The notes beneath the pieces are model-generated. The model saw nothing but the letters and a program-made list of their open reading frames with translations. It had not been told where the DNA came from and did not search any database. The position numbers were made by a program, and so were the translations under genes. Source: Scenedesmus sp. PABB004 (Eukaryota). Taken from it: DNA of 64,000 bases. The stretch is from assembly GCA_014905635.1 (NCBI GenBank), contig JABVCE010000028.1:372001-436000 (forward strand), written 5' to 3'. This document shows positions 53,479 to 64,000 of this stretch, one piece after another. Position 1 is the stretch's first letter, and every line of letters begins with the position of its first letter.

Positions 53479-54956
53479 TCAGGGGCAGACGAGGCTCTCG
53501 CGCGTGTCGTTGCCGGTCGCGGGGTTGGTGCCGCTCGCGATGGAGCAGAGGTATGCCTGCATGTCCTTGCGCAGCACCACGTCGCTCCAGTCCGTGTTCG
53601 TGATCGTCGCGCCCTGCGCGCGCGCGCGCGCGCGCGCGCGCGGCGACCGGCGGTGGCGGCGCGTCGGCGGCGGCGCGAGCGGGCCGTGTCGTCGGCGGCG
53701 GCGCACGCAGGCAGCGGCGCTCGCCGCCGCGCCTTGAGCTGCGCGTTGTTCACAAACGCGCCGCTGAGGTTGGCGTTGGTGAAGTCGGCGTCCTCAAAGT
53801 TGCCGCTCTCCTGCGAGCGGCGCGGCCGCGCGGGCGCGCTCGCCGCGCCCGCCGGCGCCGGGCGGGCCCGCGCCGGTCCGGCCCGCGCCGCGCCGCGCCG
53901 CGCCCGCCGGCGCACCAGGTCGGCGAGCGTGAGGTCGGCGCCGCTGAAGTTGGCGCCCTCCGCGAGGCTGCTGAAGAACGACACCCCTGGCGGGCGCGGC
54001 GGGCGCGGCGGGGCAGCGGCGGCGGGGCCGTCGGGACGCGCGCACGCTCGCGCCCGCGCGCGCCGGCCTGCGCGCCGGTGCGCTCCGCGCCTGCCGGCGC
54101 GCGCGGGCCCCCACCGGTGAGGTTTGAGCCGCTGAAGTTGGCCTTGCGCAGCACAGCCTTGGTGTATGACTTCTTGCGCAGGTCCTGCAAGCGCGACAGC
54201 GGCGATTCGCGGTGGTTCGCGGTCGGCGGCGGTTCGCGGTCGGCGTGCGCGCCTCGCCAGCAGGCCGGCGGCGGCGCGCGGCTGCTCCGCGACGCCCGTA
54301 GAGGAGGTGGCGGCGGCGGCGGCGCGCCTGGTTGCTCAGGTCGGCGCCCGAGAGCGGCGTGCTGATGCCGCCGCCGCCCGACACTGCGCGCGCGTCGAGC
54401 GGGCACAGCAGCAGCAGCGCCGACGCCGCCGCGACCGCGGCGCCGCCGAGGAGCGGGCTGCTGCCGGGCGCGTCCTGCGGGCGGCCGCGCGCGGCGGGCG
54501 TGCTGCTCGCCACACGCGCGTGTGGCGCGCGGTTGCGCCGACCGGCCGAGCAGCGCTGCCGCCGCCCGGCGCGCCAGCGCACCTGGCGCGCCGCCCTGGC
54601 CACGAGGCGGCCGGACGCAGGAGCACCTGCCGCGGCGGCGGGCGGCGGCGCTGCGTGGCCGAACAGCGCTGCAGCTCGCTCGGCGCCGCGCGGGCGTGCG
54701 CGGCGGCGGCCCGCCCTCGCACCAGACGAGCACGCGAAGCTGCCAGACGCGCGGCGCTGGGCGGCCTGCGGGAGGGGGGCGCGTGAGGATCAGCTCTCTT
54801 TCCACCGCACGCGCCCGCCACGTCTGCCTCAGAATCTGCTGCTGCCGCGCCCGCCAGCGCAACGCAGCGCACGCCCGGAGCGCCGGCGCGCCGGTTCCGG
54901 CGCGCGGCGAGACCACGCACGGTGGGGCCCGCGGGGCGGACCGCGGTGAAGGCCAT
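53479..54956 (-). CDS. Thylakoid lumen pentapeptide-repeat protein (TL15 type)
   Basis: Bipartite transit with AxA (LLLLCPLDARA), repeats ADLSN/ANFSG/SNLTG/ADLTL/ADFTN/ANLSG, and the family C-terminus DWSDVVLRKDMQAYLCSIASGTNPATGNDTRESLVCP*. Confidence 0.9.
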
Positions 54957-55184
54957 CCCAGCAGCGGCAGCGGCGGCGGTGCGGCGAGCGGCGAGCGGCG
55001 CGCGTCGGAGCGAGCGCGGGCGCGTGGCGTGGGCTGCGCTGGCTGGGGGAAGACGCGGCTTGTGGAAAAGCCCCTGCGCCGCTGAAACCGCGTTGAGTCG
55101 TCACACGACGGCGCACCGGGGGGCCCGCGATCGCGCCTCCGCGCACTCCCGACGCCCACCCGCCGCACCACAGCAGCCGAAACA

Positions 55185-55983
55185 ATGGCGCTCGCCCTGC
55201 TGCGCGCGCCCGCGCCCGCCGCCGCGCGCGCCGCGCCGCGCCGCCGCGCGCGCGCCGGGCTGCTCGCGCCCCACGCAGCGCCCGCGGGGCGCGGCGCCGA
55301 CCCTGCTGGCGCCCCTGGCGCCGCCGCCGCGGCGGCCGCCGCGGCGGCCGCGCTGCTGCTGGCCCTGAGCCCGCCCGCGCTCGCTGCGGGCGGCGGCGCG
55401 TCGCCGGCGCGCGACGAGGCGCGCACGGCGGGCGCCGCGGAGACGCGGCGGCTCATCGAGGAGAGCGGCACGCCCGACGCCGCGCGGCCGGCGGATACCA
55501 TGGCGACCAACTCGCCGTTCCAGGCGCCCGGCATCTCGCGGTCGCCGCGCGGGCCGGCGCAGGAGCGCGGCACGACGGCGGCGCGCGCGCTCAAGGACGC
55601 GGGGCGGCAGATCCGCGAGAACGCCAAGGACCCGGGCAGCAAGCCGTTCGGCATCGGGCGCGGGCCCCTCGTGCGCGAGGCGAAGAAGGCGCCGCAGGTG
55701 AGGCGCGCTGGGGGAGCGGCCGGGAGGGGCGGCGCGCGGCCGAGGGGGTGCGCGGCGCGCCGGCGCGCACGCGCAGGCGCGCCGAGCGGCCGGGGGCCGC
55801 CGCCCGCCCGCCCGCGCGCCGCAGCCGGGCAATATCCCGGCGGGCCTGCGGCGGCAGAGCACGGACAGCTACCGCCGCCAGGCCTCGACGACGGCCGCCG
55901 CCAAGGCCGCGGACGAGCGCGGCGGCGTGTCGCGCGGCTACTATGACGTCTATGACAAGCTCACCGACCGCATGCGCAAGTGA
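55185..55983 (+). CDS. Putative thylakoid-lumen protein of unknown function (2 exons)
   Basis: Transit-like Arg/Ala N-terminus, hydrophobic ALLLALSPPALA, donor GTGAGG at 55698, last exon PGNIPAGL..YYDVYDKLTDRMRK*. Confidence 0.65.
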
Positions 55984-56428
55984 AGAAGAAGGTGGAGTGA
56001 GGCGGCGGATGCAGTTGGCGGGCGGCGCTCGAGTTGCGCGCCCGCGCGCGGCGGCGCGGGGTGTGGGCGGCGCGCGCAGAACCCCGGCGCGGGCGGTTGA
56101 CCTTGTGACTCGCGCCTGCCCGGTCGCCACAGACCTTGCCTCCACAGCACCGTGCACCGGCTTCCAGCCAACGAGCGCCCCCAGCCCACCCGCCAGCGGC
56201 AGCAGCAGCAACCACTCATCGCCAGCGCACGTGCAAGGTGCGGCGCCCGCGCTCTCAGCGAGACTGAGAGCGGCCACAGGTGGCCAGGCGGGACGGGGGC
56301 GCCGGGCGCTGCGCCTGTGGGGAGGCCGGGGCAGATTGATGCATGGGGCATGCATGCAGAGGCTCACCCCCCGCCGCGCCGCCCGCGCGCCTCCCCGCAG
56401 GCGCTCGCTGCTGCCCGGCCGCGCCGCC

Positions 56429-57421
56429 ATGCAGGCGCTCCACGCCGGCGCCCCGCCGCGGCTGCGGGCACGCCTCCCCCGCAGCAGCAGCGCCAGCAGC
56501 AGCCCCAGCGGCGCCGTGCGCCGGCCGCCGCCGCCGCGGCGCGCCGCCGTGCGCGCGGCCGCGTCGAGCAGCGGCAGCGGCGGCGCGGGCGGCGGCTTCG
56601 CGGCGTTTGCGGAGAGCGCGCAGGCGCGCGTGCAGGACTTTGTGGCGCAGAACGAGCTCGACAAGAAGGCCGCGGCGGCGGCGGCGGCGGCGGGCAAGAC
56701 CGCGGCGCAGACGCTCGAGGACACGCAGGCGAGCCTGCGCCGCACCTACACGCGCATCGACCGCGAGCACAACGTCAGGTGTGCCGCGCCCGCCCGCCGC
56801 GCCGCTGGCCCACCGCCGAGCAGCCGCGCCGCCGGCCCCGCGCCGCGCCGGCGCGGCGCCGCGCCGCGCCGCGCACGCCGGCCGCGCGCTGACTGCGCCC
56901 GCCCGCGCGCGCACTGCGCCCGCCTGCGCCCCCGCGCCCGCAGCGGCCGCCTCGACCGCACCAAGCGCGTGGTCGAGGAGGCGGTGCGGGACGTGGACCA
57001 GCGCTACAGCGTGCGGCGGCGGCTCAAGACCGCGGCCGACGACGCGCGGCGCATGGCGCCGGTCTGGCGGCGGCAGTTCAGCGCGTTCAGCTCGACGCAG
57101 CTCGGCAAGACGACCATAGCGCTCGCGCTCGTCGGCCTCTGCCTCAGCGGGCTGCTCTGGCAGCTGCTGAACGTGTTCTGGCTGCTCTGGTGGATCAGCG
57201 TGCCCGTGTCCCTGCTGCTCGCGGGCCAGCGCGGGCAGGCGGCGGCGCAGCAGGCGGCGGCGGCGCAGGCGGCGGCGCAGCAGCAGGCGGCGCGCGGGCC
57301 GTTTGGCGGCTGGGGCCGCGCCAGCCCCGGCGGCGGCCGCGCCGCCGACGAGGGCCCCGTGGTGGAGGCCGAGTGGGTGAGCCTCGACGGCGACGACGAC
57401 AGCGACCGGCGCAGGCGCTGA
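56429..57421 (+). CDS. Plastid membrane protein of a conserved green-lineage uncharacterised family
   Basis: Transit peptide, helical region (RIDREHNV|SGRL..DVDQRYSVRRRL..WRRQFSAFSSTQLGK), two TM segments and C-terminal PVVEAEW. Confidence 0.7.
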   Translation: MQALHAGAPPRLRARLPRSSSASSSPSGAVRRPPPPRRAAVRAAASSSGSGGAGGGFAAFAESAQARVQDFVAQNELDKKAAAAAAAAGKTAAQTLEDTQASLRRTYTRIDREHNVRCAAPARRAAGPPPSSRAAGPAPRRRGAAPRRARRPRADCARPRAHCARLRPRARSGRLDRTKRVVEEAVRDVDQRYSVRRRLKTAADDARRMAPVWRRQFSAFSSTQLGKTTIALALVGLCLSGLLWQLLNVFWLLWWISVPVSLLLAGQRGQAAAQQAAAAQAAAQQQAARGPFGGWGRASPGGGRAADEGPVVEAEWVSLDGDDDSDRRRR

Positions 57422-57681
57422 GCAGCCGCCGGCGGGGGCGTGGGTGTGAGCAGGGGGGGCCTTGTCATCGTCGTCGTTGTTCGTCGTCATGCTCCGCGAT
57501 GGTCAATCGCCCCGCGTGCTGTTTTTCTCTGCCCCCCTGCGTGCAGCGTGCACTCCTCTTGAGCCCCTAGCTAGGCGGCGGCCTGCCCGCCGCGGGCAGT
57601 GAGCTCCCAATCGAGCGAGCGTAGCGGCGAGCGAGCGAGCGAGTTCCCAAGGTAACCGCGGCGTGGTCGGTTGCCCGCGCC

Positions 57682-59544
57682 TCACTCGCCCAGGCCCATG
57701 AGACCAAAGCCCATCGCCACCGCGGCCGCCAGCCCCGCCGCTGCGGCCGCGAGTGCCGCGGAGCCGCACGCCGCGCCACCGCCGCCGCCGCCGCGCGCGC
57801 AGCGCCGCCAGACCGTGCGGCCGCCGCGGCCGCCGCCGGCGGCGCCTCCAGCTCGACCAGCTGGCTCGCGTCCAGGCCCTGCAGCCCCAGCAGCTGCGCC
57901 GCGCGCTCCAGCGCGGATTCGGGGGGCTCGCCCTCACTTAGGTAGTCACACACCTGCGGGCGCGGGCACGTGGGCGCGGGCGCGGGCGCGTGGGCCGGCG
58001 CGCCGCCGCGCGGGGCCCGCACGCGGCCGGCCCGCACCTGCAGGCCGAGCCCCGCCCACGGCAGGAGCACGCGCCGCGCGAGGCCCTGCCGCACGCGCGC
58101 GCCCGCCCCGGCGGGCACGAGCAGCGGGTGCGCCGGCGCCGGCGGCGCCGCAGCCGCCGCGCCGCCGCCGGCCTCCGCCGCGTCGTCGGCCGCCGCGAGC
58201 GCCTCGTCCGCCAGCAGCTGCAGGCGCGCGGAGAGGCTGCCGACGACGTCCTGCTTCACCTCCAGCAGCGCCTTTGCGAGCGGGTCGCGCTTGTGGACGT
58301 ACGCGAGCGCCTCGACGCTGCCCCGCAGCCGAGCCGCGCCGAGGCAGCCGCCGCTGCTCACCGCGCCGGCGCCGGCGCCGCCCTGCAGCGCCGCCGCCGC
58401 GGGCGGCAGGCAGAGCAGCTCCACGCGCGCCGCGTCGCGCAGGCCGCACCCGCTGCCGGGCGGCAGCGCGTCGACGACGAGCGCGCCGCCGCCGGCGGGC
58501 GGGGCGGCGCCGGCGAGCGTGGCGACCGCCGACAGCACGCGCGCGCCCTCGACCGCGGCGGACGCCTGCAGCAGCGCCTGCGCCCGCGCCGCGCCGTCGG
58601 CGCCCGACGGCAGCGCGAGCTCAAACGCGTGGCTGCAGCGCAGCGCGACGAGGCTCGAGAGGCAGGGCCCAAACTTGAGCTCGCACGGCTTGAGGCTCGC
58701 CGCCGCGGCGGCCGCGCTGGCGACCGAGCAGCTGCGCATGCTGAACTTGCGGCTCCCGCTGTCGACGTGCAGCAGCAGCAGCTCGCCCGGGCCGCCGGCA
58801 GGCGGCGCGGGCGCGCCGGTGGCCGCCGCGGCCGCGGCGCCCCCGCCGGCGCGGCGCCCGCGGCCGCGTCGGCCGCGACGGCCGCGAGCGCCGCCGCGAG
58901 CGCCGGCGCCGCGCTCGCGTAGCCCGAGTCTGGTGCGAAGAGGTACAGCCCCAGCACGGCGAGGCCGCCGGGCAGCATGCGCGAGACCTGCAGGGCGTGC
59001 TCCGCGACCCACTCGCCCGCGACAGCGACCGCGACGCCGCCGCCGGCGGCGGCCTTGCCGCCGCCGGCGCCGCCCTTGCGCGGCTTGGCGCCCGCCGCGG
59101 CGGCGCCCCCGGCGGTCACGGTGAGCACCTGCCGGGACGGCGCGGGCGGGCGGCGGGGGTGGGTGGGTGCGCGGGTCAAGCTGCGCGGCCGCCGGTCCCG
59201 CGCCGCCCGGCCGCTGCTGCTCGCGCACCGGCTCGCCGTCCTGCTGGCTGGGCGTGGGGACCACCGCCAGCGCCAGGTCGCGCGACCCCACGCCCGCCTT
59301 GCCGACGAGCAGGCCGACCTGCGGCGGCGGCGGCAGCAGCGGGCGGCGCGCCGCGCAGCGGTTGGCCCGCCGCCGGCCAGCCCGCGCGCCGCGGGCTCTG
59401 CGGCGCCGGCTGCATCCCAGCGATTGGCCCGCCGCCGGCCAAGCTGTCCCGGGCGCGCGCGCGCACCTCTGCCTGCACGCGGGCGCGCAGGAGGCCATCG
59501 AAGTGCGCCTCGATGGCCTCCTCCGCCTGCACCGCCTTTGGCAT
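57682..59544 (-). CDS. ODR4: ODR-4 homolog; probable 1-nt indel near 57790 before the C-terminal TM helix
   Basis: VGLLVGK..DLALAVVPTP, EWVAEHALQVSRMLPGGLAVLGLYLF, LKPCELKF, VKQDVVGSLSARLQLL, VCDYL. The TM tail AALAAAAGLAAAVAMGFGLMGLGE* lies in an adjacent frame. Confidence 0.88.
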
Positions 59545-59923
59545 GGCGCGCGGTGGGGGGCGCGCCTCAGGGTTGTTGGCGAGAGGACTGCGCCCGAGCC
59601 GCGCGGTCGGCCCCCCCGGAGCGGGCGTCGCCGCCGAGCGCTGTGCCGGCGCTGCTCAAGGCGCCGCGGCGCGGCGCGGCACCAGGCGCCACTCGTGGAG
59701 CTGCTCGGATCACTGGTGGGCAGCACGAGGGCGCGTCCCCCTTCTTTGATGTTGTTGCACATTTGACGCTGACGGCGGTCTTTCGGTACACCGGCGCCCG
59801 CGCCGCCTGCGGCGGCGGCGCCGCCCGGCGCCATTCTGCCGCGCCCGGACCGCCGTCAGCGCCCTGCCAGCGTGCACGGCCATCGCCGTGTGAGGACAGC
59901 GACAGCGAGGTCACCCGGCGAAA

Positions 59924-61399
<1,476 letters not shown>

Positions 61400-62180
61400 A
61401 CGACCCCGCGCGCGCCCTGTTTGGCCCGCCGGGCCCGCGGGCCAGGGGTCTGCTTCGCGCACGGGGGATCTGCTTTGTCCTTGTTGCAGACGGCTACGTT
61501 TTTGACTGCACCGCACCCCATCATGATGGGGTGATATCATCCTGCAGCTCCAGCGACCCCGCACGCACACCACCCTCCTTGCTGATGCCCTCCTGACCGC
61601 ACGCTGCAGCTCTGCGCCGGGCCTTCGTCCGCACACGCGGCGAGGTGCACTGGTCCGTGATGTTCGTGATTTCATGTGTATGTGGATCTCGTGCTTGTAA
61701 CCAGGCCCCCGGGCTCCGGCGGGGCCGCGTGCAGGCTGGCTGCGCAGGCTGGCTGCGCCGTGCGCTGCCGACCGGTGCGGCGGCCAACGCCCGAAGCTGC
61801 ACCGCGCGCTGTGCTTCAAGTTGCGCCACCGCAGCGGCAGTCACGCTGGCACGCTCCGGCCCGTGCGCCGCCACGCCGTGCGCCGCCGGGGGGCTGCCGC
61901 GTGCTGCACAGGTCACGGCGGCCGGCGGGGCCTCGCGTGGAGCTTCAGTGATCCTGGGAGCCTGCTCTGGCGGCCCTGGGCGGTCCCTCTTCGCAGCGCG
62001 CGATGATTATGCCGCCCCTCACGCTGCCGATCCGCTGGCGCTCGAGCTTCTACAGGTGCCGGAGCTGGCCGGCCGCCCAGCCCTGATCGTGCCCTGGACT
62101 GCGCCACTCCCCGACCAGCCCTACCGCAGCCCGCGTCGCCCCTGCGCCACCTCCGACAGTGCGCCGCCCGACCCCCCGAG

Positions 62181-63321
62181 ATGGCTCGCCTCAGCGCCCT
62201 GCTGTGCCTGGCAGTCCTTCTGATCGCGTCTGCCGAAGGTGAGGGAGGCCCTCGCGCGCGCGGGGGGGGGGGCTCCTCGCCGCGCGCCTGGCGGGCGCGG
62301 CACGGCCGCGCCTCGGCAGCCTGCTGCCGCGCTGCGCGGCCACAGTCAGTCGCGCCGTGCGACGCAAACGCTTGGAAGCGGGCCGGATCGCGCGCCGACG
62401 CAGCGCGCGGGACGCGCGGGCGGGCCGGCGAGGCGCACGGGGCATTGCAAATCTTCGCTGCCGAGCGCCCGGCCAGCCCGCGCCTGCGGACCCCGCGCGC
62501 TGCCGGCTCCGGGCGCCGACTACAGCCCCTGACCACACGCGCCTGCTGCCGGCTCGCCGCGCGGCGCCTCCGAGGGGGTCACCCGCGCCGGCCGCTGCTC
62601 GGCGCTCCGCTCACCCCGCGCCGCCGCCGCCGCAGGCCGCTGGCTGCGGCAGGTCAACAAGAGTGAGGGCAACGGGCAGACCACCATGGCCTCGAGCGGG
62701 ACGGCGGACAACATCAACCGGGCGATCGACACCAAGGCCACGGTGCAGCCGGGCGCGAAGGACCCGCCGACCAAGCTGCGCGTGACGCCCTGGGCGCAGG
62801 CCAAGGGCTCGCCCGGCTCGCCCGCCAAGGCCCCCGCGTCCACCCAGGGCACCGCGAGCCAGGTCGGTTCAGCCGCGCCGCCGACAGCGCCGCGCGCGCG
62901 CCCACGCGCCGCCGCGTGCCTGCCGCCTCCGCGCGCGGGCGCGCGCAGGGCGCCGCCGAGGCGAGGAACGCCAATACTGGGGCCAAAATTGAGAAGGTCA
63001 TGGCGACCAAACCCTCTCGACCGACTATCAACATCCCCAAGCCCAGCGACGTGCGTGCGCGCGCCCGCTGGCGCCCGCCGGGGTGGCGCCGCCGGCCCGC
63101 GCGCCGGCGCCGCGCCCGCGTCCGAGCGCGCCGCCGAGCACGCCGCCGCCCGCCGCCCGCCGCCCGGCGGGCGCGCGCAGGTGCCCAAGATGATCAACCA
63201 GGCGCCCACGACCAGCCACAGCACCGGCAGCCTGGGCGCGCACACCAGCGACCAGGCGGCCACGGGCGCCGCAATTGCCACCGGCGTCGACGCCGTCGGC
63301 GCCAAGGCCGCCCGCCCCTAG
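62181..63321 (+). CDS. Small secreted protein, paralogue B (4 exons, same intron positions)
   Basis: MARLSALLCLAVLLIASAE|GRWLRQ..PTKLRVTPWAQAKG..GTASQ|GAAEARNA..NIPKPSD|VPKMINQAP..TSDQAATGAAIATGVDAVGAKAARP*. Confidence 0.85.
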
Positions 63322-64000
63322 GCGATGCCCCCTCCCCCAGCCGGGGCGCACTGCGTCGGTTCCTGTTTGTCGCAGCGCGTGACGTTTTCACTGCACTCAC
63401 CCGTCCAGAGCTGCTCCCGAGCTCCCGCACGCACCGCCGTCCCCCTGTTGCTGGTGATTGCTGGCGCGGCCATCTCCCGCCCGCCGAGACTGCTGCGCGG
63501 CCGATGAGTTGCAGCCCGCTGGCGCGCGGTGCGACGGCCCACACGCACTGCGGCCGCCACCCACCGCGGCGAAGAAGCAACACTGGTTTTTTTTCCCGCA
63601 CAGGCTTTTTTCATTAAGCGGGGCGCCGGCGGCCGTCGCGGCTCTTGTTGCGCGCGACGCCGCCGGCCGGCCGTCGCGACGCGCGCGGTGCGCCGCCGCC
63701 TGGAACCGCGCGCGCCGCCGCCGCCTGCGGGCCCTCTCCTCCCAGAGACTCGCCCAGTCCCTCTGCGCCTGCAGCGGCCGCACACGCAGCGCGCCCGAGC
63801 AGCGCGCTCCGCGGCGCCATGTGAGCTGCCGCTCCGCGGGGCCGGGCTGGGCGGATGCCTCAGCTTGGGTCGCCTCAGGGGCGCTGCGCGGGGCCGCCCA
63901 GTCGCCGCGGGGCAGCAGGGGCGCACTGATGATGGCGCGCCGCCCCGCGCTCAGCCCGCCCCCGCACGCCCGCCCGCCGGCGTTCTCTTCCGGGACACAC

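Overview
Very GC-rich (roughly 75-80% by eye), gene-dense, intron-rich nuclear DNA of a green alga (chlorophyte, Sphaeropleales-like). Most long ORFs in the six-frame track are GC artefacts, so I rebuilt genes by splicing exons by eye; CDS coordinates are start-to-stop spans including introns. About 19 protein genes are present: REV1 (3' end outside the window), CRIPT, a DUF6687-like/TLDc fusion, a secreted purple acid phosphatase, ING, NPC1, MutS2-like, SPINDLY, an expansin-like protein, a degenerate Irc3-like helicase, a Cys/Val-rich secreted protein, two unknowns, ELYS/HOS1-like, a TL15-type pentapeptide protein, two plastid-type proteins, ODR4 and two tandem secreted paralogues. There are also two identical tRNA-Thr(CGT) genes. 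Most notable: (1) a 523-bp 5'-truncated non-LTR retrotransposon with a perfect 13-bp target-site duplication sits 38 bp downstream of one tRNA, and its empty site is visible in the other tRNA copy (possible tRNA-targeting LINE); (2) the two tRNAs lie in a ~0.95-kb inverted duplication that fits a staggered-break inversion of the 4.4 kb between them; (3) GC-AG introns are unusually frequent (at least 19 found; 8 of 15 in SPINDLY). Family assignments come from remembered motifs, not database searches.
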